DNA of 64,000 bases from Deltaproteobacteria bacterium (GTDB lineage: Bacteria; Desulfobacterota; GWC2-55-46; JAJCZF01). Every line of letters starts with the position of its first letter. The stretch's first letter is position 1. The notes beneath the pieces are model-generated. The model ran no database searches and had not been told where the DNA came from. It saw only the letters and a program-made list of their open reading frames with translations. The stretch lies in NCBI GenBank assembly GCA_029262475.1, contig JAJCZG010000119.1:3378-67377 (forward strand). Direction: 5' to 3'. A program made the translations under genes and the position numbers. This document shows positions 34,968 to 45,737 of this stretch, piece by piece.

Positions 34968-36704
34968 TTGTCAGCCCCGGAGACACAAAAGACCATACCA
35001 TACGGCCTCTTCTCTACTACTAAAACCTTTAACAGGGACAAAGTAAGGCTCCTTACCCGAGACGGAACGGCACTCACCCACCGGGAGACCGAGCAGCGCG
35101 TAAGGGGGCTCGCCAGAGGGCTTTTATCCCTTGGTATCCAGCCGGGCGAGAGGGTGGCGATACTCCAGCACAACTCACCGGAATGGATCATAACCGACCT
35201 CGCCGTCGCCTCCATAGGCGCGGTAAGCGTACCCGTCTACTGTGCCCAGAGCAGAGACGAGATCATCTATATCCTTAACGACTCCGCCGTTCGCTCTATA
35301 GTCTTTACCGAAGACGAAGCCCGTAAGGCCCTATCGATAAACAAAGCCGTCCCGATGCTTAAGGAACTCATAAGCACCACAGATAAGAGCGAAGAAGGAG
35401 TTTTGACCGTATCCGCTCTCAGTACCGAAGGAGCAAACGGAGCCTTCGACGAGGAGCTATCCAAGCGGCTCGCCGCCCTTAAACCGGAAGACCTCTTCTC
35501 CATAATCTATACATCAGGCACCACGGGCCGCCCCAAGGGCGTGATGCTTAGCCACGGCAATATCATCTCCAATATCGATTCGGCCCTTAAATCCATAGAT
35601 ATCACAGAAGCGGACCTTTACCTCTCATACCTGCCGCTAAGCCACATCATGGAGCGCATGGTGAACCACCTCCTTATTCGCTCCGGCGCAAAGATTGCCT
35701 ACTCCACCGGCTTTGCCTTCGTCGGGGCCGACGCAGCGCACTTTAAGCCGACCATTATGGCAGGCGTGCCATTCTTCTTCGAGAGGATTAAGGAAAAGAT
35801 TCTGGAAGCGGCCAATGCCTCAGGGCCGATCAAGAAGAAGCTCTTCTACACGGCCATCGGCAGCGGGAAGGAAACTGCGGCGGGAAAAAAATCCGCCGGA
35901 GCGGGCTTTATCCACTCGATGGTGACCAAAAAGGTCCGTGAAAAGGCCGGGCCGAATATCCGCTTCTTCATCTCCGGCGGAGCGGCGCTCTCGAAGGCTA
36001 CGGCGGACTTTTTCTTTGCTTTAGGTTTGCCGGTCCTGGAAGGCTACGGACTAACCGAGACCTCACCGGTTATTAGCTTTAACACCCTTGAGCTGGTAAA
36101 GACCGGAACGGTCGGGAAGCCAATCGACGGCGTAGAGGTAAATATCGCTAAAGACGGAGAGATACTCGTAAAAGGCCCCGGCGTAATGTCGGGCTACCTT
36201 GGTATGCCCGAAGAGAGTAGAAGGGCGCTCAGGGACGGCTGGTTTCACACCGGGGATGTCGGGGATATAGACGATGAGGGCTTCCTTACGATAACAGACA
36301 GGAAGAAGGATATAATCGTAACGAGCGTCGGTAAGAACATCTCTCCGCAAAAGATTGAGACTCTCCTCAGGAGCGACCCGCAGATAAAAGAAGCGCTGGT
36401 CTACGGTAGCGGCAGGGCGCATCTCGTAGCGCTCATCGTTGCCGAGCCGGAGAGGTTTAGGGAATTAGCCGCCGAAGCCGGCGTGGCTGAAGAGAATATA
36501 CTTACGGACGAGCGCATGGTAAAATATTTCGAGAAGATCATCCACGAAAAGCTTAAGGGACTTTCGAGATACGAGCAAATTCGACGTTTCGCCCTCATCG
36601 AAGATACGATAACAATAGAAGCAGGCGAGCTCACCCCTACGATGAAGGTCAAGAGGGAGAAGGTCGGAGAGCGCCTTAAGGCCGCTATCGACGCCCTCTA
36701 CTAA
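34968..36704 (+). CDS. Long-chain fatty-acid--CoA ligase (AMP-dependent synthetase, FadD-like)
   Basis: The AMP-binding motif IIYTSGTTGRPKGVMLSHGNI is followed by the ...GYGLTETS... and ...GWFHTGD... blocks. Confidence 0.85.
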   Translation: MSAPETQKTIPYGLFSTTKTFNRDKVRLLTRDGTALTHRETEQRVRGLARGLLSLGIQPGERVAILQHNSPEWIITDLAVASIGAVSVPVYCAQSRDEIIYILNDSAVRSIVFTEDEARKALSINKAVPMLKELISTTDKSEEGVLTVSALSTEGANGAFDEELSKRLAALKPEDLFSIIYTSGTTGRPKGVMLSHGNIISNIDSALKSIDITEADLYLSYLPLSHIMERMVNHLLIRSGAKIAYSTGFAFVGADAAHFKPTIMAGVPFFFERIKEKILEAANASGPIKKKLFYTAIGSGKETAAGKKSAGAGFIHSMVTKKVREKAGPNIRFFISGGAALSKATADFFFALGLPVLEGYGLTETSPVISFNTLELVKTGTVGKPIDGVEVNIAKDGEILVKGPGVMSGYLGMPEESRRALRDGWFHTGDVGDIDDEGFLTITDRKKDIIVTSVGKNISPQKIETLLRSDPQIKEALVYGSGRAHLVALIVAEPERFRELAAEAGVAEENILTDERMVKYFEKIIHEKLKGLSRYEQIRRFALIEDTITIEAGELTPTMKVKREKVGERLKAAIDALY

Positions 36705-36744
36705 CGCTTCGCACCAGCCGGTAAATGGAGAAAGGAGTTTCCCC

Positions 36745-38190
36745 GTGCGGAAATCTATAAAGTTTCTCATTCTCGCTGCCATGATTACCCTAACCCTGCC
36801 TTTACTCTCTCCGGGGGGCTGCAAGGTTATGGCGGCTGAACTAAAACACTCGACTACGGAGGCGGACCGGAGGTCCGTAACGCTTACAATCTATAGTAGT
36901 GGGCCTGCCCTTATAGCCGATACTAGAGATATTAAAGTCGCCTCGCCCCGTGGCGCCCTTACCATGCTCGACGTACCGAAGACCATCCGCCCGGAGACGC
37001 TTCAGGTAGTAGCCAGGGACAAACGTGGTGGCGCTATAGACGGCTTAAAAGTCCTGGAAGCGAATTTCACATACGACCTCGCCTCAAATAGCAAGATACT
37101 TAAAAAGTTCATTGGCGAAGAGGTTACGCTCGTTGAAGATAACGATTTCCAGGATAGGACGAAGACAACGAAGGCAAGGCTCCTTAGATTTGACGGCGGG
37201 CCGGTATTTCTTATAGACGGAGAAGTTCACATAGGTCATCCGGGACGAATCGTACTCCCTGAAACTAAAGGCTTAACGCTAGCTCCGGCACTTAGCGTCA
37301 GGTACTCATCGCCAAGGCCCACGGCAGTTGACCTTACCGCCGTATATCAGGCGATGAGTATTGACTGGTCTGCGGACTATTCGCTTACACTCTCTAACTC
37401 CGGGACAAGCGCAAAGCTTTCAAGCTGGATAACGGTCGGAAACAATAGCGGCACGGACTTTAGAGGAGCCGGTATTACTGTCGTCGCCGGGGATATAAAC
37501 CGCGCACCCGAGGCGAATTATCCACGCATGAAGAGGTCCATGGTGATGATGGAGGCTTCAAGCGAACCCGTAACTAAGGGCGTCTTTGAATATTACCAAA
37601 TCAAAGTCCCGGGAAAAAAGACAATTCTGGACGGTGAGTCCAGGCACTTCGCTTATATGGCTTCGACCATTACCGGCGTAAAGAAGGAATATACGATCCG
37701 TGACAGAGCGGATTATAGTGGTCAGGCGGACGGGAAGACTAAACTTCCGGTCGAAGTCTCGGTTAAATTTAAGAACTCCAAAGAAAATAACGCTGGCGTC
37801 GCCCTCCCAGCCGGTATAATGCGTATTTACCATAAGAAAGGGAAAGAAGCTCCATTCTTTATCGGGGAAGAGCGCATAGGTAACACCCCGGAAGGCGAGG
37901 CTGTTAAGGTAAAGGCCGGTAGCGCTTTCGACATAACTGCGACGCGCACCGTAACCGACTTTAAGCGCATAAGGACCAGGCTCCATGAAGAGGCTGTAAG
38001 CGTCGCAATTAAAAACAGCAAGAAAGAGCCGGTTACCGTAACGGTAAAGAGTTCGCTAAGCGGCAGCTGGGAAATACTCGCCAGCTCCGAGCCATATAAG
38101 AAACTCGACGCCTATACCATAGGTTTTGATTTGACACTCCCCCCGGGCGGTGAGACGGAGCTTAGCTACCGTTACCGTACCGAACAGTAA
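36745..38190 (+). CDS. Secreted DUF4139 (with N-terminal DUF4140) protein, mucoidy-inhibitor MuiA-like family
   Basis: A signal peptide is followed by a beta-rich 480-aa protein. The family assignment is from memory of the TIGR02231-type architecture. Confidence 0.4.
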   Translation: MRKSIKFLILAAMITLTLPLLSPGGCKVMAAELKHSTTEADRRSVTLTIYSSGPALIADTRDIKVASPRGALTMLDVPKTIRPETLQVVARDKRGGAIDGLKVLEANFTYDLASNSKILKKFIGEEVTLVEDNDFQDRTKTTKARLLRFDGGPVFLIDGEVHIGHPGRIVLPETKGLTLAPALSVRYSSPRPTAVDLTAVYQAMSIDWSADYSLTLSNSGTSAKLSSWITVGNNSGTDFRGAGITVVAGDINRAPEANYPRMKRSMVMMEASSEPVTKGVFEYYQIKVPGKKTILDGESRHFAYMASTITGVKKEYTIRDRADYSGQADGKTKLPVEVSVKFKNSKENNAGVALPAGIMRIYHKKGKEAPFFIGEERIGNTPEGEAVKVKAGSAFDITATRTVTDFKRIRTRLHEEAVSVAIKNSKKEPVTVTVKSSLSGSWEILASSEPYKKLDAYTIGFDLTLPPGGETELSYRYRTEQ

Positions 38191-38220
38191 TATGGTGGAG
38201 CGCTCCGGGAAAGAAACAGC

Positions 38221-40443
38221 ATGCATGATTTAAAGACTGAAATAACCGCCTTTCTGACGGATGAGGCCACGAGGCCTGTCTCAATAAAGGAACTTATACG
38301 CGCCTTCGGCGTGCCGAGGGACGAGCGCGACGCCTTTAAGAGCTTCGTTAAGTCAATGGTCGCGGACGGCACGCTCATGAAGATACAGGGAGGCCGGTAC
38401 GGCCTCCCCTCGAAGATGAACCTCATAAACGGGACGATCACCTGTAACCCGTCCGGCTTCGGCTTCGTAATCCCGGACGAGGGTGGGGACGACTTATTTA
38501 TCGACAGGCGCCGCCTGAAGGGGGCGATGCACGGCGATAAGGTAGTCGCAAGGGTCGAGCGGTTGAAACGCGACGGAAAGAAAGAGGGTTCCATCATACG
38601 TATAACCGACCGCGCGGTAAAGAGCCTCGTTGGGCGGTTTACCAGGAGCAAAGGGTTTTCACTCGTCATCCCCTCAAATGAGCGCATACTCGACGATATC
38701 ATTATACCTCCCCGCATGGCCGGAGGCGCAAAGGACGGCCAGATAGTCGTAGCCGAGATCACACGATGGCCAGCCGAAAGACAGGCCCCGTCGGGAAAGG
38801 TAACCGAGATACTCGGTGACCCGGACGACCCGGATGTCGAGATAGAAGTTCTTGTCCGTAAGTTCAACCTCCCGCTCCTCTTCCCCACTGACGTTCAAAA
38901 GGCCGCCGAAGCCGTTCCGGATACCGTAAGCGAGGCCGAGATAAAAGGCAGAACAGACCTGAGGGGAAAGACCCTCGTCACCATAGACGGCGAGACGGCC
39001 AAAGACTTCGACGACGCTGTCGGGGTTAAGAAGGACGACGACGGCTTCACGCTCTATGTCTCCATAGCCGACGTCAGCCACTACGTTACCCCCGGCTCCG
39101 CGCTCGACACCGAGGCATACGAGCGTTCGACGAGCGTCTACTTCCCCGACCGATGCGTGCCGATGCTCCCGGAAAGGCTCTCTAACGGAATATGCAGCCT
39201 GAACCCCAAAGTGGACCGCCTCACCATGACGGCAGAGCTCTCTTTTAACTCATCGGGTGAAGTGACGAAGAGGAAATTCTACAAGAGCATTATAAGAAGT
39301 AAAGAGCGCCTCACCTACACCGTCGTAAACCATATTCTTAACGGTGACGAGCTTGCAACGAAACGCTACTCGAATGTCGCACGCGATATACTCCTCATGG
39401 GTGAGCTTGCTACACTCCTCGCCGAGGGGAGGAAGAGAGAGGGCTCCATAGACTTCGATCTCCCGGAGCCACAGATAATAATCGATATCGAAGGGCAGAT
39501 TGAGGATATCGTCCGCTCGGAGAGGAACGCGGCGCACCGGCTAATTGAAGAGTTCATGCTAGCGGCCAATAAGGCCGTGGCGCTCGAGTTCTCGCGCCCC
39601 GAGCTCCCCTTCATATACAGGATACACGCCGAGCCGAATGCCGAGAAGATTACGGATTTCATGGAGTTCATAGCGGCCTTCGGATGCGTTGGCCCTCCGA
39701 GGAGTAAAGGCCCCGGCGGGCTGCACAAGTATTTTCAGGCAGTGCTTAAGGATTTCGAGGATAAGCCCGCTGAGAGGCTCGTAAACCACGTCCTCCTGCG
39801 CTCGATGCAGAAGGCCGAGTACTCCGCATCGAATACCGGTCACTTCGGCCTGGCCTTTACGGACTACACTCACTTTACCTCTCCCATAAGACGCTATCCG
39901 GACTTAATCGTCCACAGGCTCCTCACCAAATTCCTCACCAAAAAATACGACTCTAAACTTCAAGAAGAGTACGCTGCCCGGCTGCCGGTGGTCGCAACAC
40001 ACACCTCGGCGATGGAGAGGCGCGCCATGGAGGCGGAGCGCGAGATAACGGACTTAAAGAAGGCCCAGTTCATGAAGGACAAGGTCGGTAACACCTACGA
40101 CGGCTTCGTCTCAGGCGTAACGGGTTTCGGGGTCTTTGTTGAGCTTACCGAGTACTTCGTGGAGGGGCTCGTGCATATTACGACGCTCCTTGACGACTAC
40201 TATATCTTTATGGAGAAGGAACACTACCTTATAGGCGAGAATACAAAACGCGTCTTCCGTGTTGGCGACCCGGTTAAGATAGTTATAAAAAGCGTTGACC
40301 TGGCGCTCAGAAGGATAGAGATGGCCCTCGCTGAGGAAAAAAAGCCCTCAAAGAAACCGGGAGAGAAGAAGAGAGCTAATGGTGGATATAAGAAAAAAGC
40401 CTCAGCAGATAGAAAACGCGGCGGCAAGGGCAAAAGAAGATGA
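38221..40443 (+). CDS. rnr: Ribonuclease R (RNase II/R family 3'-5' exoribonuclease) with a Lys-rich C-terminal tail
   Basis: The RNB domain is conserved across the central region (…DLRGKTLVTIDGETAKDFDDAVGV…YVSIADVSHYV…). An S1 domain and a C-terminal KKPSKKPGEKKRANGGYKKK tail follow. Confidence 0.9.
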   Translation: MHDLKTEITAFLTDEATRPVSIKELIRAFGVPRDERDAFKSFVKSMVADGTLMKIQGGRYGLPSKMNLINGTITCNPSGFGFVIPDEGGDDLFIDRRRLKGAMHGDKVVARVERLKRDGKKEGSIIRITDRAVKSLVGRFTRSKGFSLVIPSNERILDDIIIPPRMAGGAKDGQIVVAEITRWPAERQAPSGKVTEILGDPDDPDVEIEVLVRKFNLPLLFPTDVQKAAEAVPDTVSEAEIKGRTDLRGKTLVTIDGETAKDFDDAVGVKKDDDGFTLYVSIADVSHYVTPGSALDTEAYERSTSVYFPDRCVPMLPERLSNGICSLNPKVDRLTMTAELSFNSSGEVTKRKFYKSIIRSKERLTYTVVNHILNGDELATKRYSNVARDILLMGELATLLAEGRKREGSIDFDLPEPQIIIDIEGQIEDIVRSERNAAHRLIEEFMLAANKAVALEFSRPELPFIYRIHAEPNAEKITDFMEFIAAFGCVGPPRSKGPGGLHKYFQAVLKDFEDKPAERLVNHVLLRSMQKAEYSASNTGHFGLAFTDYTHFTSPIRRYPDLIVHRLLTKFLTKKYDSKLQEEYAARLPVVATHTSAMERRAMEAEREITDLKKAQFMKDKVGNTYDGFVSGVTGFGVFVELTEYFVEGLVHITTLLDDYYIFMEKEHYLIGENTKRVFRVGDPVKIVIKSVDLALRRIEMALAEEKKPSKKPGEKKRANGGYKKKASADRKRGGKGKRR

Positions 40444-42122
40444 ATGTCATTAAACTCCATATGGGGCTACGCAATATCAAGAGGCTCAGGTTTATTACCT
40501 CGACACTGGTAAAGCACGGCTTCTACCCCCTTCTTGACGCCATAGGACTAAGTAAACTCATAAAGGTCAGCGACAGGCTCAGCGGGGGCAAGCGTTATGA
40601 AAGCGAAGAGTACTCGCCTCAGGTTCGCCTAAGGCTCGCCTTCGAGGAGCTCGGGCCGACTTTCATAAAACTTGGGCAGATACTCTCGACCAGACCTGAT
40701 ATCATCCCCGAAGAGTTCATCTCGGAGCTGTTGAAGCTACAAGACGAGGTGCCGCGCCTTCCGTACGAAGAGATAAAAGAGGCGATAGAGACGGAGTTCA
40801 AAAGACCGGTAAGTGAGCTCTTTATATCCATCGACCGCGAGCCGATAGCCGCGGCAAGCATAGCGCAGGTGCACGGTGCAATAACGCCGGACGGAAAAAA
40901 GGCCGTTGTAAAGGTCAGAAGGCCCGGCATAGAGAGGATACTGGAGACGGATGTCTCCATCGTAAAATATCTCGCCTCGCTCATAGAACGCTACATTCCG
41001 GAGAGCCGCATCTACGACCCGACGGGGATTGCCGACGACTTCGCCATATTCATGAAGAAAGAGCTCGACTTTACGCTGGAAGCGAGCCACTCGGAAAAGT
41101 TCAGAAGTAACTTCAGAGACGACCCCTGCGTAAAGATACCGAAGGTATACTGGGAACTCTCTAGGAAGAGCGTGCTGACGATGGAGAGAATCGACGGCAC
41201 CAAGATCGACAACATCAAGGCCCTTAAAGAGAAGGGCATCGATACGGAGAAGACAGCGAGACTTCTGGCGGAGATATTTTTCAGACAAGTCTTTGAACAA
41301 AACCTCTTCCACGGAGACCTCCACTCCGGAAATATCTTCGTCATCAGTGAAAAGACACTTGGCTTCGTGGACTTCGGACTCGTCGGGTGGGTCGACAGGG
41401 AGATGCAGGATAACCTCGCCGATATACTGATAGGGCTAATAAAGGAGGATTTTGACGCCCTTACCAAGACCTACCTGAAGATGGGCATGCTGCCGGATGA
41501 TATCGACGTGGCCGAATTTAAACGCGAGCACACGGATATGCTCCAGCACTACCTTGGGCGCCCCTTCAAGGAGGTAAATATCGGCGACCTCTTCCTCGAC
41601 TACATAAAGCTTGCGAGCAGGCACAAGGTGAGGCTCCCGAGGGAGCTTATACTTCTCGATAAGTGCCTCCTTGAGCTCGAAGGGCTAATAAAGGTACTGC
41701 ATCCGGGCATGAACCTCATTCAGGAGGCCGAGCCGTACGCAAAGAAACTTGTAATGAGACGCCTTAACCCGGCCAGGTTTGCAAAAGAAGGTTTAGAGAC
41801 CTTCTCCGAGCTAACGGAGCTCTTAAAGGAGCTCCCGAGGCAGACTAACCTTATAATAAGAAAGCTTTTGACGGACAAGCTCACCTTTGAGATGAACCAC
41901 CGGGGGCTTGAAGAGCTTACGGGCGAGATAGACAGGGGCTCCAACAGGCTTACCTTCGCCCTTATACTCGCGGCCCTTATCGTTGGCTCTTCTCTCGTGA
42001 TTGCCTTTAAGGCCCCGCCGCTCGTCTACGGATACCCCCTCCTCGGCATCCTCGGCTTTGGCATCTCCGGCTTCCTTGGCGTCTGGCTCGCGTTCCTTAT
42101 ACTTAAATCAGGGAAGTACTGA
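40440..42122 (+). CDS. ubiB: ABC1/UbiB-family atypical kinase
   Basis: ...LGPTFIKLGQILSTRPDIIPEEFISEL..., ...EPIAAASIAQVH... and ...HGDLHSGNIF... are ABC1 kinase motifs. Two C-terminal transmembrane helices are present. Confidence 0.8.
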   Translation: MNVIKLHMGLRNIKRLRFITSTLVKHGFYPLLDAIGLSKLIKVSDRLSGGKRYESEEYSPQVRLRLAFEELGPTFIKLGQILSTRPDIIPEEFISELLKLQDEVPRLPYEEIKEAIETEFKRPVSELFISIDREPIAAASIAQVHGAITPDGKKAVVKVRRPGIERILETDVSIVKYLASLIERYIPESRIYDPTGIADDFAIFMKKELDFTLEASHSEKFRSNFRDDPCVKIPKVYWELSRKSVLTMERIDGTKIDNIKALKEKGIDTEKTARLLAEIFFRQVFEQNLFHGDLHSGNIFVISEKTLGFVDFGLVGWVDREMQDNLADILIGLIKEDFDALTKTYLKMGMLPDDIDVAEFKREHTDMLQHYLGRPFKEVNIGDLFLDYIKLASRHKVRLPRELILLDKCLLELEGLIKVLHPGMNLIQEAEPYAKKLVMRRLNPARFAKEGLETFSELTELLKELPRQTNLIIRKLLTDKLTFEMNHRGLEELTGEIDRGSNRLTFALILAALIVGSSLVIAFKAPPLVYGYPLLGILGFGISGFLGVWLAFLILKSGKY

Positions 42123-42245
42123 GAATCTGTAAATTTTATTTAACGGCCACGGCGCTGAGAGTATTGATTGAACCGGTCATCATGTTGCATGGTATGATTG
42201 ACGTTTATTTCACGGCGTCTTATCTTTAAAATGAATTAAAGGTAT

Positions 42246-43166
42246 ATGAAGATACTTGAGAACGGAAAGATAACTTCCATCACCGGCTCGGTCGTAACAC
42301 TCGGGAACTTCGACGGACTCCACCTCGGGCACAGGCGGATACTTAAGAAGGTTATAAGGAGATCGGCTGAGCTAGGCCTTCCGTCTCTCCTCTATACCTT
42401 CGACCCGCACCCGCTGAAGGTAATACGCCCGGACAAAAGCCCGCAGCTCATTACGACGCGCGAAGACAAAGCCTCACTTATTGAAGCGGCTGGGATAGAG
42501 TACCTTGTATTTGCCCGCTTCACGGCAGATTTCGCCTCAAAGCACCCGCGAGAGTTCGCCGAAGAGGTATTAGCGGGCGAGCTCTCGGCCAGAGAGGTGA
42601 TAGTCGGCCACGACTACGCCTTCGGCAGAGAAAAGCGCGGCACCATAGAGCACCTAAAGGAGCTCGGCGAGAGCCTTGGTTTTACTGTATCTGTCGTAGA
42701 CGCCTACCGGAAAGGCGGGGGCGTGGTATCGAGCTCCAGAATACGGGAGCTTGTGGCAAGGGGCGCTCTAAGGGAGGCGGCGGGGCTCCTCGGGAGGGAT
42801 TTCACGCTTAGCGGGACGGTTATCAGAGGCAGTGACATTGGCGCTAAGATCGGCTTTCCGACCGCGAACATCGAGACCGGGAACGAACTGATACCGGCTA
42901 CCGGTGTATATGCTGTTTATGTTACAATCGAAGGGACTATGCACAGGGGTGTAGCCAATATTGGCATCTCGCCGACCTTTAAAGATAAAAAATTCACTAT
43001 AGAGGCCCATATATTTGGCTTTAATGGCGACATATATGGCAGTACCATTACCCTCTCCTTCATAAGGCGGCTTCGCGGAGAAAGGAAGTTCCGCTCCGTA
43101 GAGGCCCTTGTAGACAGGATAAGGTTTGATATAATACGCGCCGAAGCAATACTAGGAAAAAGATAA
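42246..43166 (+). CDS. ribF: Bifunctional riboflavin kinase / FMN adenylyltransferase
   Basis: TLGNFDGLHLGHRRIL (the FAD synthetase HxGH-like motif), with ...GFPTANI... and ...EAHIF.F.GD.YG... in the riboflavin kinase domain. Confidence 0.9.
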   Translation: MKILENGKITSITGSVVTLGNFDGLHLGHRRILKKVIRRSAELGLPSLLYTFDPHPLKVIRPDKSPQLITTREDKASLIEAAGIEYLVFARFTADFASKHPREFAEEVLAGELSAREVIVGHDYAFGREKRGTIEHLKELGESLGFTVSVVDAYRKGGGVVSSSRIRELVARGALREAAGLLGRDFTLSGTVIRGSDIGAKIGFPTANIETGNELIPATGVYAVYVTIEGTMHRGVANIGISPTFKDKKFTIEAHIFGFNGDIYGSTITLSFIRRLRGERKFRSVEALVDRIRFDIIRAEAILGKR

Positions 43167-43179
43167 GGAGTTTTTACAT

Positions 43180-44052
43180 ATGATCGACTCGGAGACAAAA
43201 GTGCTTGGAATATTCGGCGACCCGATAGGGCACACCCTTTCGCCGATTATACAGAATGCCGCTATAAAAGAGCTGGGGCTAAAGATGGTCTACGTCCCGT
43301 TCCACGTTACACCCGGTAACCTGAAAGACGCCGTCGCCTCAATAAAGGCCCTTGGCATGCCCGGGGTTAATATTACCATCCCGCATAAGGAACGCGTCAT
43401 GGAATTCCTGGACGCTACGACCGACGAAGCAAGGAAGATAGGCGCGGTAAATACTATCGTCAACCGGGACGGACACCTCACCGGTCACAATACCGACGGC
43501 GCAGGCTATATAACCAGCCTCAAGGCGGAGACGGGCTTTGAGTGCAGTGGTAAAAATATCGTCATCCTCGGAGCCGGGGGTGCTGCACGCGGGATAATGG
43601 CCGCTATACTGGCCGAAGCTCCCGCCTCCGTCACGCTGGTAAACAGGACAGTCGATAGGGCCGACTCTCTCGCCGAAGACCTGGGCTCGGAGTGCGCGGA
43701 GGTTAAGATCCATACCGTACCACTCGAAAAGGGACCGCTCCAGCCCCGTATCGAAGCTGCAGATCTACTTATAAACTCAACTAGCGTCGGCATGGGCGGC
43801 AAAGTCCCTTTTAACCCGCTTGTTCTCTCCCTTGATAAGCTGCCCTCGGAGGCGATAGTCTCTGATATAGTATATAAACCACTTAACACTGCGCTCCTGC
43901 GCTCTGCAAAGATGACGGGGCACACGGTACACAAGGGGCTCGGGATGCTTATACATCAGGGCGCTCTCGGCTTTGAACTGTGGACCGGGGAGAAGGCACC
44001 TGTGGAGACGATGCGCAAGGCCGCCTTAAAAGCCCTCGATATAACAGAATAA
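43180..44052 (+). CDS. aroE: Shikimate dehydrogenase
   Basis: ...LGIFGDPIGHTLSPIIQNAA... and ...VLGAGGAARG... are the AroE signature. Confidence 0.9.
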   Translation: MIDSETKVLGIFGDPIGHTLSPIIQNAAIKELGLKMVYVPFHVTPGNLKDAVASIKALGMPGVNITIPHKERVMEFLDATTDEARKIGAVNTIVNRDGHLTGHNTDGAGYITSLKAETGFECSGKNIVILGAGGAARGIMAAILAEAPASVTLVNRTVDRADSLAEDLGSECAEVKIHTVPLEKGPLQPRIEAADLLINSTSVGMGGKVPFNPLVLSLDKLPSEAIVSDIVYKPLNTALLRSAKMTGHTVHKGLGMLIHQGALGFELWTGEKAPVETMRKAALKALDITE

Positions 44053-44067
44053 CGGAAAAACGAAAAA

Positions 44068-44778
44068 ATGAAGATAATCTTTATAGGCGACGCGCACATT
44101 AATGGGCTCGGCGACCCGGGCATGGCACCACTGTGCTCCTTTATAGACTCTCTCTGGCCGATTAACACCCTCGTCATAATGGGCGATCTCTTCGACGTAT
44201 GGACCGGAACCAATAAGGTCACAATGCACGAGTACGGACCACTCTTACAAAGGCTCAGGGTCTTAAAATGCAAGGGGACGCGGATCATCTACCTCGAAGG
44301 CAACCACGACTTCTCCATGGGGCATTTCTTTACGGGAGACCTAATGGCAGATGTTTACCCGGAGAACCATACCCTTGAGATAGACGGCAAGAAGTTATAC
44401 CTCTCGCACGGAGACACCGTCCGCATGAGCGCTAGTGATAAACTCTGGCGCGCTTTTCTCAGGAGCGCCCTCTTTACTATCATCTCAAAACTCCTCGGAC
44501 CGAGGAAGGTCTGGCAGATAGCCAAAAAGCTCTCGAATAAGAGCCGCTACTACGGCGCAAAGAAAGAGGTAGAATCCGCAATAAAGGAGTTTGCAACGAA
44601 GAAACTTATGGACGGGTACGATGGGGTAGTATTCGGTCACTCGCACGTAGGCGGCGTCCTGGAAGAGGCCACAGGCCCCGGCACCGGCTTTTACGCCAAC
44701 CCCGGCGGGTGGGTAAACGAGAGGAGCTATCTAATCTACGAAGAGGGTAAGCTTAGAATGGAAAAGTTCGACGGCTAG
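44068..44778 (+). CDS. lpxH: UDP-2,3-diacylglucosamine diphosphatase (LpxH family metallophosphoesterase)
   Basis: IFIGDAHI..., ...IMGDLFDVWTG..., ...LEGNHDF..., ...SHGDTV... and ...FGHSHV... are collinear with the E. coli LpxH motifs. Confidence 0.7.
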   Translation: MKIIFIGDAHINGLGDPGMAPLCSFIDSLWPINTLVIMGDLFDVWTGTNKVTMHEYGPLLQRLRVLKCKGTRIIYLEGNHDFSMGHFFTGDLMADVYPENHTLEIDGKKLYLSHGDTVRMSASDKLWRAFLRSALFTIISKLLGPRKVWQIAKKLSNKSRYYGAKKEVESAIKEFATKKLMDGYDGVVFGHSHVGGVLEEATGPGTGFYANPGGWVNERSYLIYEEGKLRMEKFDG

Positions 44779-45737
44779 TCGGTCTTCCGAGGCTCCGGTG
44801 GCTCGAAAATTTCGTCTGCTTCGTCTTCACCGGCACCGGACTCGATAACCCGTGTACCGGCTAGCGTATCTCCGATACGGGTCGAGTCGCTCGCCTTATA
44901 GAGCAGCGATGCCTCGTAGGCGACTACGGCAAGGGCCACCACAAAGACGATTAATTTCCCGAAGTACGGTATCCATCCGAGCAGGTAGAATGCCGCCACC
45001 AGTATCCCGAAGATAGAATTTCTAAGAATCGAATCCCTGAAGTCGCACGCTTCTTTGACCATTATTGTGCTCACGACCCTTAGCCCGCCTGCTGCCCTCT
45101 TACCGGGGCTTCCCCCGCTTATGCCGTCTGCCAGGCAAATATAGGCTACCGCCGCTACGGGGCCAACAACTCCCGGCACCTGATAGAGGATGGCGGCGAT
45201 GAGAAAGTCTATAAGTTTAGCGGAGAAACGCTTTGTTACGCGCCTTATGAGCTCCTCCGGGGCTTCAAGGTTTCCCGTATCCCCCGGGTCCGGTTCTTCT
45301 TCCGCGTCACCCGGGTCGGGAGTTGTCTCTTCTGCTTCGCTATCGTCACCTGAAGCACCGGCTTCGTTCTCTTCAGTTGAACTTCCGCCGTAGAGTGAGA
45401 GGATATCGTGTGGCACGCCACCCTCTTCGGCGCACGATTCATCACCGGCGACGTCAGGGTCGCTACTGCTGCCCGCGCCTCTGGATTCCGGCGAAGAAGC
45501 TTGCTCTTCCTCGGGCTCTTCTTTCACGAGAATATCATATTCGGTATCTGAAAAGTCTACTGGTATTTCGTGAGGTGGGGTTATATCGTCAAGAGGATGG
45601 TAGACCCCGGAGTGGCCGCCGGTCTCACTGTCACCGGGCAGTGCGCCTCCTCTCACCTCGCCGGAGGCGGGTTTTTTAGAGGGGGTCTCTACCTCTTTAG
45701 TAGGATCTTGTTTTTCTTTTTCGCCGGAGATAGTCAC
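44775..45737 (-). CDS. RDD-family membrane protein with a ~130-aa acidic, disordered N-terminal region
   Basis: The C-terminal half has transmembrane helices and RDD-like ...LGWIPYFG... The ORF track starts at 45839, but that frame overlaps the upstream DUF4177 gene. The GTG at 45737 overlaps the DUF4177 stop (TAGTG), which suggests coupled translation from there. Confidence 0.55.
   Translation of the reverse strand: MTISGEKEKQDPTKEVETPSKKPASGEVRGGALPGDSETGGHSGVYHPLDDITPPHEIPVDFSDTEYDILVKEEPEEEQASSPESRGAGSSSDPDVAGDESCAEEGGVPHDILSLYGGSSTEENEAGASGDDSEAEETTPDPGDAEEEPDPGDTGNLEAPEELIRRVTKRFSAKLIDFLIAAILYQVPGVVGPVAAVAYICLADGISGGSPGKRAAGGLRVVSTIMVKEACDFRDSILRNSIFGILVAAFYLLGWIPYFGKLIVFVVALAVVAYEASLLYKASDSTRIGDTLAGTRVIESGAGEDEADEIFEPPEPRKTD

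Noticed and set aside
38172-38888. 238-aa minus-strand ORF
   Set aside because: It lies antisense to the 3' end of the DUF4139 gene and the 5' part of rnr. It is Ser/Pro/Arg-rich, a typical GC-rich antisense artefact.
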